Both the position numbers and the translations under genes were made by a program. Below, piece after piece: positions 39,405 through 47,752 of a DNA stretch of 64,000 bases. The DNA comes from Thermoanaerobaculia bacterium (GTDB lineage Bacteria; Acidobacteriota; Thermoanaerobaculia; UBA5066). The number at the start of each line of letters is the position of its first letter. Position 1 is the first letter of the stretch. The stretch is from positions 352,001-416,000 of the forward strand of contig CAWFJJ010000024.1 in assembly GCA_963816185.1 (NCBI GenBank), in the 5' to 3' direction. The notes beneath the pieces are model-generated. The model was not told the DNA's origin, did no database searches, and worked only from the letters and a program-made list of their open reading frames with translations.

Positions 39405-39864
39405 AAATCAGGTCTATGAAAGCGTCTGGTCCGACCGATGGTGCCTGGCGGGGACGCTCACTACTTCAGCACAGGTCATGCCGGCGAGCCGTTCTTTGAC
39501 TCTCATCCGCAGCTTCGACTCTCTATCGCCGGCGATCAGGTCGGCCATGAGCGCCAAGTCCGTCATCCCCATGGTAGAGATCAATACCCCGACCCACACG
39601 GTCACGCTTTTGAATGCGCAGGTCGTGAACATCGCACCTGCTGCGATAGAGGGGAACATCGTGTCTGCGGTTCCAAAGGGGTGGATTGACATCGATTCCT
39701 GGTCATTCGGGGCCAGCCGAAGCGGCTCAGTAGGCAATGCGAACGGGGGAAGCGGGGCGGGCAAGGTGAGCTTTGGCGACCTCGACGTCGGCAAGAACCG
39801 AAGCGTCGAGATCAGCTTCTCGTTCGAGAAGTTTCTTGCGGGTATCCAGCATCGCCCGCATTAA
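39394..39864 (+). CDS. Hcp (T6SS tube)-like protein with rearranged segments; start uncertain, may be a pseudogene
   Basis: KGWIDIDSWSFGASRSGS...GGSGAGKVSFGDL is an Hcp1 N-terminal signature; LTLIRSFDSLSP...TLLNAQV and VEISFSFEKF resemble Hcp C-terminal strands. Confidence 0.55.
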   Translation: MSVKNQVYESVWSDRWCLAGTLTTSAQVMPASRSLTLIRSFDSLSPAIRSAMSAKSVIPMVEINTPTHTVTLLNAQVVNIAPAAIEGNIVSAVPKGWIDIDSWSFGASRSGSVGNANGGSGAGKVSFGDLDVGKNRSVEISFSFEKFLAGIQHRPH

Positions 39865-39865
39865 T

Positions 39866-40756
39866 TCAGGAACGGTTCGCGCTGACGATCGAGAGGGGGC
39901 CGTTGGCCGTCGAGATCCTCACGGTCGCGTTCTCGGTCCCGATCTCGAAAAGCCGCGTGCGGTTCCCGTCCTGCCGTCGCGCGCCGTCGCAGGCCGCGCC
40001 CCGACAGGAGAAGGGGGCGTGCGAGGAGGTCTCGACCCTTACACCGGACGAGAAGCCGTCCGGAACCCTGAGGGTGAGCGGGCCGTTCTTCGCGCTGGCC
40101 TCGAGCCCCTTGCCCTCCCAGCGCGTGCCGAGGAGGGCGATCGTGAGAGGGCCGTTGACGGCGTGAATCCTGATGTCGCCCGAGGAGTTCTTCAGCGAGA
40201 CGGGGCCGTTCGCGGCGTCGACGTCGACCGAGCCGGTCAGGTTCGAGAGCGAGACGGGCCCGTTCTCCGCCTTCACGGAAAGCGTTCCCCCGAGTCCTGT
40301 CAGGGAGACGGGGCCGTTGGAGCCTTCGACGGAGAAATCGGCGTCCTTCGGGGCCGTCACGATCAGGAATCCGGTCCAGCGCTCGCCGTCCGGCCCTTCG
40401 ATCGCGACCCGGCCGCCCGACGAGCGGAGGACGACTCTTGCGAACACTGCGCGAGCGGAGGCGTCGTCGTCGCCGGCGGCGGCCGTGCAGGCAGTGACTT
40501 TGAACTCGCCTACGTCGGCGCCGCGGACGATGATGCCACCGTTCCTGGAGCCCTCGAGGACGAGGTCTTTCGCGTCCGGCCGGGAAAGCGTGATCGTCTC
40601 CTCGCCCCGGGCCGTGATCCGGTCCCCGAAGTTCATGTGCACGGCGGAACAGCCCGACCGGTCGCCCCCTTCGACCGTGACGGCGCGCTCGGCGGTGGCG
40701 GGAAAGGAGAACGCGAGAGAAAGACAAAGGGCGGAAAGGGTTGCGGCACGACACAT
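39866..40756 (-). CDS. DUF4097/putative adhesin beta-strand repeat protein, secreted
   Basis: GGAGG RBS; signal peptide; repeats SNGPVSL, ENGPVSL, ANGPVSL, VNGPLTI, KNGPLTL, ANGPLSI. Confidence 0.82.
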   Translation of the reverse strand: MCRAATLSALCLSLAFSFPATAERAVTVEGGDRSGCSAVHMNFGDRITARGEETITLSRPDAKDLVLEGSRNGGIIVRGADVGEFKVTACTAAAGDDDASARAVFARVVLRSSGGRVAIEGPDGERWTGFLIVTAPKDADFSVEGSNGPVSLTGLGGTLSVKAENGPVSLSNLTGSVDVDAANGPVSLKNSSGDIRIHAVNGPLTIALLGTRWEGKGLEASAKNGPLTLRVPDGFSSGVRVETSSHAPFSCRGAACDGARRQDGNRTRLFEIGTENATVRISTANGPLSIVSANRS

Positions 40757-40810
40757 GGAGATCCTCCCTTGAACAGGAGACGACGAAGCGCGTCCGAGGT
40801 TCTGCAAAAT

Positions 40811-40894
40811 TTCTTAGAATGGTGAGCGAGGCTAAAGCGCCGCCCGCCGCAGAGGCGTCGGGTACGGCCGCGACGCCTCAATACCTTCTAAGAA
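40811..40894. promoter_or_regulatory. Convergent pair of TTCTWAGAA motifs in intergenic DNA
   Basis: TTCTTAGAA at 40811 and (CC)TTCTAAGAA at 40886. Confidence 0.6.
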
Positions 40895-40932
40895 GCCCTT
40901 CTTCGGCCCGTCCCCCGGGCGAGAGCGCCGAG

Positions 40933-41559
40933 TCAGGCCGGCCGTCGAAGCAGATCCAAGAACTCTTCTCTGACCGCCTTCTGGAGGAAGATCCCGCGGA
41001 GCGCGGACGTGACCGTCACGGCGCCCGGCTTCTTGACGCCGCGCATCTCCACGCAGAGGTGCCGGGCCTCGATGACGACCATGACGCCCTGGGGCTTCAG
41101 CTCCTCCTCGAGGACGCCCGCGACCTGCTCGGTCAGCCGCTCCTGGACCTGCGGCCTCCGCGCGTAGAACTCCAAGAGCCGCGGCAGCTTCGAGAGGCCG
41201 ACGATCGTGTCGTTCGGGATGTACGCGATGTGCCCGTGCCCGTAGAACGGCACAAAGTGGTGGGCGCACATGGAGTAGAAGGGGATCTCCTTTTCCATGA
41301 CCATCGACGTGTAATGCTCCTCGTTCGGGAACGTCGTGAGCTTCGGGCGGGTGCCCTCGTCCAGGCCGGAGAAGATGTCGAGGTACATCTTCGCGACGCG
41401 CCGGTCCGTGTCGATGAGGTTCGGGTCGCGGTCGGGACAAAGGCCGAGGATCCGGATGATCTCTTTCACATGGCCGGCGATCTGGTCGACGCGAGGATCG
41501 GCGATGTCGCCGTTCTCGAGGAGGGCGGTGTGGAGTGCTTCTGGGTCGAGCTGGCTCAT
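40933..41559 (-). CDS. folE: GTP cyclohydrolase I
   Basis: DTDRRVAKMY, FYSMCAHHFVPFYG, GLSKLPR, RPQVQERLT, ARHLCVEMRGV. Confidence 0.95.
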   Translation of the reverse strand: MSQLDPEALHTALLENGDIADPRVDQIAGHVKEIIRILGLCPDRDPNLIDTDRRVAKMYLDIFSGLDEGTRPKLTTFPNEEHYTSMVMEKEIPFYSMCAHHFVPFYGHGHIAYIPNDTIVGLSKLPRLLEFYARRPQVQERLTEQVAGVLEEELKPQGVMVVIEARHLCVEMRGVKKPGAVTVTSALRGIFLQKAVREEFLDLLRRPA

Positions 41560-41592
41560 GCGGGCATCATACGAGGGGGAGGGGGCGGGCGG

Positions 41593-43047
41593 ATGGCAGA
41601 TGAAAAGAGCCCCAGGGCGCGGGCGACGCGCATCGTCGCGACGATCGCCTCGAACGCGGAGAGGCCCGGCGCGCTCGCGGCCCTCCTCGACGCAGGCGTG
41701 GACGTCGTGCGCCTGAACGGGGCGCACTGCCGCCCCGGCGAGATCGCGCGCCGGGTGGCGCTCGTGCGCCGGCTCTCACGTTCGCGGCGCGCCCCGACGG
41801 GCGTGCTTCTCGACCTCGGCGGCCCGAAGCTCCGCCTCGGCACGCTTCCCGGCGGCGCCGTTTCTCTCGCGAAGGGCCGGACGGTCGAGCTCTTTCCCGG
41901 CGTCGCCTCCGCCCGCGAGTCGGGAGCCGCCGTATGTCTCGCGGTCACGTATCCGGCGCTCCTCGACGACATCGGAGAAGGCGCCGAGGTGCGGCTCGAC
42001 GACGGGCGGATCCGGCTGCTCGTCAGGAAGCGCACGAAGCGCACTCTCGTCGCGCGCGTCGAGGTCGGCGGACGCGTGAAGAGCGGGGCGGGCGTGAACT
42101 TCCCCAATTCGGCCCTCTCGGCGCCCGCGCTGACGGCGAAAGACCGGCGGGATCTCGCGGAGGGTCTCGCGGCCGGCGTGGATTTCGTGGGCCTTTCCTT
42201 CGTGCGCAGCCCGGCGCACGTTGCCGTGCTCCGGCGGCTCCTCGCGCGCGTCCCGCCCGAGCGCCGACCCTGGATCGTCTCCAAGATCGAGCGGAAGGAA
42301 GCTCTTGCCGCGCTCGACTCGCTCGCCGCCGCCTCGGATGCGCTCATGGTCGCCCGCGGCGACCTCGGCGTCGAGATCGGGCTCGCGAGCGTGCCCCGCG
42401 CCCAGCGGGAGATCCTCGCGGCGGGCCGGCGGCACGCGGTACCCGTCATCGTCGCCACGCAGATGCTCGAGTCCATGATCGAGAACCCGACGCCGACGCG
42501 CGCCGAGGTCTCGGACGTGGCCGGGGCGGTGCACGACGGCGCGGACGCCGTCATGCTTTCCGGCGAGACGGCGGTCGGAGCGTGGCCCGTCGAGGCCGTC
42601 GAGGCGATGGCCGAGATCGCGTGCGCCGCCGAGGTGCCGGAAGCGGGGACCGAGGCCGACGCGGCGTGTCTTCCCCCTCCGACCGGGGATTTCTCCGCCG
42701 TCGTGGCGCGCGCGGCTGCGGAGATGGCCCGCGACGCGCACGCGGCCGCGATGGTCGTCTACACGGAGTCGGGCAGGACGGCGCGCTTCGCCTCGAAGAA
42801 CCCGCTCTCCATCCCGGTCCTCGCATTCACGTCGCACGAATCCGTTCGGCAGAAGCTCGCGCTTCTCAGGGACGTCACGTCGTTTCGGGTTCGCGAAGCG
42901 CGCAGCGTCGAGGCGATGATTCGCGCCGGGGATGCCGTTCTGTCGCGCTTGCCGGGCCTGGCCGGGGCGGTCGTCGTCGAGATCTCGGGCGCGGCTCCGG
43001 CGGCGGGCGCCACGAACACGCTGCGCGTCCGGCGCGTGCCGAGCTGA
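41593..43047 (+). CDS. pyk: Pyruvate kinase
   Basis: LDLGGPKLR, LDDGRI, GLSFVRS, SKIE, MVARGDLGVE, ATQMLESM, PTRAEVSDV, DAVMLSGETA. Confidence 0.93.
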   Translation: MADEKSPRARATRIVATIASNAERPGALAALLDAGVDVVRLNGAHCRPGEIARRVALVRRLSRSRRAPTGVLLDLGGPKLRLGTLPGGAVSLAKGRTVELFPGVASARESGAAVCLAVTYPALLDDIGEGAEVRLDDGRIRLLVRKRTKRTLVARVEVGGRVKSGAGVNFPNSALSAPALTAKDRRDLAEGLAAGVDFVGLSFVRSPAHVAVLRRLLARVPPERRPWIVSKIERKEALAALDSLAAASDALMVARGDLGVEIGLASVPRAQREILAAGRRHAVPVIVATQMLESMIENPTPTRAEVSDVAGAVHDGADAVMLSGETAVGAWPVEAVEAMAEIACAAEVPEAGTEADAACLPPPTGDFSAVVARAAAEMARDAHAAAMVVYTESGRTARFASKNPLSIPVLAFTSHESVRQKLALLRDVTSFRVREARSVEAMIRAGDAVLSRLPGLAGAVVVEISGAAPAAGATNTLRVRRVPS

Positions 43048-43053
43048 GCCCCC

Positions 43054-44760
43054 TCAGTCGTCGCTTTCGCCGGCTGGCGCCTCCGGGATCGGCGGCGCCT
43101 GCGGGACGCCGTGCGGCGCGATCTCGAGGTCCTCGCCGTCCATTTCGTCCGGGTCGTACTCCACGCCGAGATACGCGAGCAGGGTGGGGGCGAGGTCGAC
43201 CGTGCGTGCCGCGTGGACGACGCCGGGCGACACGCCGGGGCCCGAGAAGATCAAGGGGACGACCGTTTCGCTCCTCGAGAGTGAGCCGTGGCCGTCCACG
43301 TATCCCTTCGTGAAGCCGTAGCCGTCTTTCGGGGAGATGAAGACGTCGGGAGAGCGCGGCGAGTCGAAGAACTCGGGGAGCTGGAGGACGAGATCGGGAT
43401 ACTCCGTCTCCGCCGTCGCCTCGAGCCATTCGTCGGCCTCGTGCGCAGAGCCGACGAGCGGCGCGGCAGGCGACGAGGCGTAGCCGAGGGGGTCCTCTCC
43501 GTCCAGGACGCGATACAGATAGAGCGAATCGAGGTCGTCGCGATCCTCGCGCACGATCTCGGCCCGGCCGGCAGGACCGTAGAGCGCGACGGTTCCGGGA
43601 AAAGGGCCACGGGTCACGACGAGCCTGACCTCGGGCGCGCGGGCGAGCGTCGCGGCAAAGAGCGACGTTTCCGGCGTCTTCAGGGGAGAGCTCCTCGGGG
43701 GGCGGGCCTTCCTCTTGCGCCGCGGGCCACGAAACGCGCTCGGCACCTCCTCGGGCGGGCGGTTCGCGGGCAGCCAGATCATGACGCCCCGGTAGGCGCC
43801 GACGGTGATCATGGCGTCGCCCACGTCGTAGGTCTTGTCCTTTCGCCTGACCGGGACGAGAACGCAGTTCCCGAGGCTGCAGTCCGCCTCGGTCGGGTTC
43901 GCGCTCAGCGCGCGGTTCACGAGCTCGTTCGCGTCGACGTAGGTCCCGTACGTGCGGTTTCCGTGGTCGGCGACGAGGACGAAGAGGATCCGCTCGTCGA
44001 GATGGCGCCTCCTGAGGCGGCGCAGGAGACGCCCGAACGCGCGGTCGATCGCCACCATCTCGTCTCGGAACTCTGGACTGTCCGGGCCGCTCACGTGCGC
44101 GATCTCATCGGTGCCGACGAGGTGTCCCCAGACGAGGGGCGGCATCCGTCCCGCCTTCGCCGCGCCGAGGTACGCGTCCCCCACGTCGTCGATCGTCTTG
44201 CGGTCCAGGAACGACCAGTCGTTCCGGGCGTACGAGGCGACGATCGCGATCCGGTTCCGCGCGTGGATCGTGACGCCCCGCGCGAGCGGAGTCGTCACGG
44301 CGACCGTGTCGTTCGGAAGCCGCTCGAAGAGCGTGCGCGCCTCCGGCGCGAGGTAGTCCGTGTTGGAGAAGACCCCGAGGATGTTCGTGTGCGCCTCGCG
44401 AACCCGGAGCCTGCGGTCGAGCCAGATGTTCGCGGGTATCCCGTGGTGGCCGGGGAGAAGGCCGGTTTCGAGGGAGGCGAGATTGGGATACGTCTCGCTC
44501 GGGACCGAGGCGACGGCCGTCTGAACACGAAGGCCGGGATCAACGATGCGGGCCTTGAGGTTCGGCAGGGCTCCCGAGGTAACGAGGCGCGAGAAGGTCT
44601 CGTCGGGGAGCCCGTCGAAGAGAAGGACGCACACGGACGGCCCGGAATGCGCGGGGATCCGCTCGGCGGCCGTGTACGCGCGCCCGCGGATCGAACAGGC
44701 GGCCGCGAAGAGGCCGGCCCCGAAGAGGAGCGCTGCGGTTGCGGAACGCCGAGCCGTCAC
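43054..44760 (-). CDS. Alkaline phosphatase superfamily (nucleotide pyrophosphatase/phosphodiesterase) lipoprotein
   Basis: Lipobox FAAA-C; LFDGL, PSETYPN, TGLLPGHHGI, DEIAH, ADHG, GHGSL. Confidence 0.85.
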   Translation of the reverse strand: MTARRSATAALLFGAGLFAAACSIRGRAYTAAERIPAHSGPSVCVLLFDGLPDETFSRLVTSGALPNLKARIVDPGLRVQTAVASVPSETYPNLASLETGLLPGHHGIPANIWLDRRLRVREAHTNILGVFSNTDYLAPEARTLFERLPNDTVAVTTPLARGVTIHARNRIAIVASYARNDWSFLDRKTIDDVGDAYLGAAKAGRMPPLVWGHLVGTDEIAHVSGPDSPEFRDEMVAIDRAFGRLLRRLRRRHLDERILFVLVADHGNRTYGTYVDANELVNRALSANPTEADCSLGNCVLVPVRRKDKTYDVGDAMITVGAYRGVMIWLPANRPPEEVPSAFRGPRRKRKARPPRSSPLKTPETSLFAATLARAPEVRLVVTRGPFPGTVALYGPAGRAEIVREDRDDLDSLYLYRVLDGEDPLGYASSPAAPLVGSAHEADEWLEATAETEYPDLVLQLPEFFDSPRSPDVFISPKDGYGFTKGYVDGHGSLSRSETVVPLIFSGPGVSPGVVHAARTVDLAPTLLAYLGVEYDPDEMDGEDLEIAPHGVPQAPPIPEAPAGESDD

Positions 44761-44799
44761 GCGGCGAGGTTACAGGAGGTTCGCTGCTACCATCCGCGG

Positions 44800-45675
44800 A
44801 TGCCACCGTTCCGCGGAGCCGATCTGCACTGCCACTCCACGTTCTCGGACGGCCTGGAGCCCCCGGCGCAGCTCGTGTCCCGCGGCGTCGAGGCAGGCCT
44901 TTCCGTGCTCGCGCTCTCGGACCACGACGCCGTTCACGGCCTGCCCGAGTTCGAGGCCGCGGCAAAAGGAACGGGGCTCGTGACCGTGACCGCGAGCGAG
45001 CTCTCGACGCGGTGCGACGGCGACGACGTCCACGTGCTCGGCCTGTTTCTCGATCCGGAGGAGCCCGAGCTCAAGTCGCGCCTCTCGGCATTCCGCGAGA
45101 ACCGAAACACGCGTGGAGAGGCCATGGTGGAGAAGGTCGGCGCCCTGGGAATGCCGCTCGATATCGCCGAGATCCGGGCCGTCGTGGCAGGCGGCGCGTT
45201 CGGCCGCCCCCACATCGCGCGCGCGATGGTCGCGAAGGGTTACGTGAAGAGCCTCGAGGAGGCCTTCGAGCGCTTCCTGACGCGGGGAAAACCGGCGTAC
45301 GTGCCCAAGCCGAAGTGGACCCTCGAGGAGGCGATCGAAGCCATCCGCAAGGCGGGCGGTCTCTCGATCATCGCCCATCCGATCTGGTACCGCGACCCGG
45401 AGCGAGTCGTCAGCCTCGGAGTCGCGGCGGGGCTCGACGGCCTCGAGGTCGTCCATGCGGACCAGGACGGGCAGAAAGAGAATGCATTCGGCCAGCTCGC
45501 CGAGCGTGAGGGCCTTCTGAAGTCGGCCGGTTCTGACTACCACGGCCCGCCGGAAGGAAGGAAGCGCGTCGGCGGCTGCCGGCTCGACGAGGAGAACTGG
45601 AGCCGGATGGTCGCCGCCGCCGCGAAGCGCCGGGAGGAAGCCGGCCGCCCGCCGCTGGATCTTTCTCCGCGCTGA
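44800..45675 (+). CDS. PHP-domain metal-dependent phosphoesterase (TrpH/YciV-like)
   Basis: DLHCHSTFSDG, LSDHD, VHVLG, GRPHIA, IAHP, GSDYHG. Confidence 0.92.
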   Translation: MPPFRGADLHCHSTFSDGLEPPAQLVSRGVEAGLSVLALSDHDAVHGLPEFEAAAKGTGLVTVTASELSTRCDGDDVHVLGLFLDPEEPELKSRLSAFRENRNTRGEAMVEKVGALGMPLDIAEIRAVVAGGAFGRPHIARAMVAKGYVKSLEEAFERFLTRGKPAYVPKPKWTLEEAIEAIRKAGGLSIIAHPIWYRDPERVVSLGVAAGLDGLEVVHADQDGQKENAFGQLAEREGLLKSAGSDYHGPPEGRKRVGGCRLDEENWSRMVAAAAKRREEAGRPPLDLSPR

Positions 45676-45691
45676 CGGCGGCCGGACCTCC

Positions 45692-46243
45692 TTAAATGTG
45701 GCGCCAGTGCCCCCCGAGATAACGCCACTCGTGTCCGTGCCGGGTCCAGTGCGCCGGAACCCAGACTTCCTCGGCCCGGCGCGTCTCCCACCTCCCCGGC
45801 GCCCAGACGTGCGTCCCGCCGTCCCAGCGCCAGTGGCCGGCGATCCAGAAGTTCTCCGGTCCCGGCGGCGGCGGCACCGTCTCCACCTTGTACGCGGGTG
45901 GAGCGGGCGCCACGACCTCGGTGACTCCGGGGTCGTTCCCGGCCGCCACCCAGTGGCCGCGGTGGAAGATCCACTCGCCGCCACGATTCTCCCAGTGATC
46001 GCGGAGCCAGACGTGGCCCGGGCGCGACGCCATCCAGCGGCCGCCGACCCACACGTGCCGGTGGCCGTTCCACCTCCAGTGGCCGGTGACCCAGAAGTGA
46101 GCGGGGGAGGGCGGGACGCCGATGACCTCGACGCGCGGCGGAGGCGGCGGTACGCCGATGCGCAAGGTGACGCCCGCGACAGCGGCGGATGCGGACAGGG
46201 TGAGAACGGCGACGATCAGAAACCGGGCGAAACCACGCGCCAT
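45692..46243 (-). CDS. Secreted YXWGXW-repeat protein
   Basis: Signal peptide; PPPPRVE, repeated WVTGHWRW, WVGGRW, WIAGHWRW, WVPAHW. Confidence 0.85.
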   Translation of the reverse strand: MARGFARFLIVAVLTLSASAAVAGVTLRIGVPPPPPRVEVIGVPPSPAHFWVTGHWRWNGHRHVWVGGRWMASRPGHVWLRDHWENRGGEWIFHRGHWVAAGNDPGVTEVVAPAPPAYKVETVPPPPGPENFWIAGHWRWDGGTHVWAPGRWETRRAEEVWVPAHWTRHGHEWRYLGGHWRHI

Positions 46244-46396
46244 GTGTACCTCCTACAAGACGCATTCCCGCACCTCAGGACGCAAGGAACGGGCCCGAGG
46301 ATTACTTCCCGGCCGGTTGCCGCGAGGGAAATTGCCTGCCTTGCGGCCTTCGCCCTCGCTTGAAGGACCACTCTTGCGATAGAACAGGTGCCCCCG

Positions 46397-47752
46397 ATGT
46401 CCACCCTCGCCCCTGTCGATTCTGAAGTCCTTCCTGCGCGGCCGGATGCCGAGCGGAGTCTCCTGGGCGCGATTCTCATCGACGGGTCGCTCCTGTCGCG
46501 CGTCATGGAGTTCCTCGTGCCGGAGGACTTCGCGAGCGAGGCGCACCGGCTGGTCTACGAGGCGTGCCTCGCGCTCGCCGATCGGCGCGAGGGCGTGGAT
46601 CTCGTCACGGTGCAGAGCGAGCTCGAGAAGACCGGGCGCCTCGAGCGCGCGGGCGGCGCGGCGGTCCTCTCGTCGCTCGTGGACCGCGTGCCGGACGTCG
46701 AGAACGTCGAGAGCTATGCGCGCCTCGTGCGCGAGTCCTCGCTGAGGCGGCTCGTGATCTTCCAATCGCGGCGCGCGATCCGCGACGCCGTGACGGCCCC
46801 GGATGCCGAGACCGTGCTCGAGAACGCGCAGCGCGACCTCGTCGAGATCGCGAAGGGGTCGATCAAGGGCGGCTTCGTGAGGCTCTCGCGCATCGCGGAG
46901 AGGAACGAGGAGGAGATCCAGAAGATCCATGGGCGGGGCACGATGCTCACGGGCCTGCCCACGGGCTTCACGAGGCTGAACGCGCTGACGCAGGGCTTCC
47001 AGAAGACCGACCTGATCGTCGTTGCGGCCCGGCCGGGCATGGGCAAGACGGCGTTCGCCCTGAACATCGCGTCGTACCTGACGATCCACCAGAAGTTCGT
47101 CGTCGGCTTCTTCTCGCTCGAGATGTCCGCCCAGCAGCTCGGCTTCCGCATTCAGTGCGCCGAGTCGCGGGTCAACCTGCAGCGCCTGCGCGAGGGCCGC
47201 CTCTCGAAGGAGGAGAAGAAGGCTCTCTTCTTCTCGACGCAGCAGATGCGCGAGGCGCAGCTCTTCGTGGACGACTCTCCGGCCGCCACCCTCCTCGAGA
47301 TGCGGGCGCGGGCGCTCCAGCTCAAGCAACGGCACGGCCTCGACGCCCTGTTCGTCGACTACCTCCAGATCATGGGGTCGCGCGGCAAGGTCGAGAACCG
47401 CACGCAGGAGGTCAGCGCGTTCTCGCGCGGCCTCAAGGCCCTCGCCAAGGAGCTCGACGTTCCCGTCGTCGCGCTCTCGCAGCTTTCGCGGCGCACCGAG
47501 CAGCGCGGCTCCGAGAAGGAGCCCGTGCTCTCGGACCTCCGCGAGTCGGGCGCCATCGAGCAGGACGCCGACGTCGTGCTCTTCCTTTCGCGGCCCGAGT
47601 ACTACGACAAGGACACCGAGCAGAAGAACGTCTGCGACGTCATCATCGCCAAACAGCGCAACGGCCCGACCGACCGTTTCACGCTCGGCTGGTCGGGCGA
47701 GTACACGCGCTTCTCGGACCTCGCGATGATCAGCGAAGGTCCGGGGCTCTGA
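46397..47752 (+). CDS. dnaB: Replicative DNA helicase
   Basis: AERSLLGAIL, AARPGMGKTAF, FSLEMS, VDYLQ, LSQLSR, SDLRESGAIEQDAD, KQRNGP. Confidence 0.96.
   Translation: MSTLAPVDSEVLPARPDAERSLLGAILIDGSLLSRVMEFLVPEDFASEAHRLVYEACLALADRREGVDLVTVQSELEKTGRLERAGGAAVLSSLVDRVPDVENVESYARLVRESSLRRLVIFQSRRAIRDAVTAPDAETVLENAQRDLVEIAKGSIKGGFVRLSRIAERNEEEIQKIHGRGTMLTGLPTGFTRLNALTQGFQKTDLIVVAARPGMGKTAFALNIASYLTIHQKFVVGFFSLEMSAQQLGFRIQCAESRVNLQRLREGRLSKEEKKALFFSTQQMREAQLFVDDSPAATLLEMRARALQLKQRHGLDALFVDYLQIMGSRGKVENRTQEVSAFSRGLKALAKELDVPVVALSQLSRRTEQRGSEKEPVLSDLRESGAIEQDADVVLFLSRPEYYDKDTEQKNVCDVIIAKQRNGPTDRFTLGWSGEYTRFSDLAMISEGPGL

Noticed and set aside
39394-39864. A type VI secretion or contractile injection locus
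   Set aside because: Only one Hcp-like ORF; no sheath, VgrG, baseplate or PAAR genes nearby.
40811-40894. Motif pairs as MITE/REP terminal inverted repeats
   Set aside because: The sequence between pairs is unrelated among sites and is normal coding sequence within genes; no target duplications or transposase.
46397-47752. Intein in dnaB
   Set aside because: Normal length and continuous motifs.
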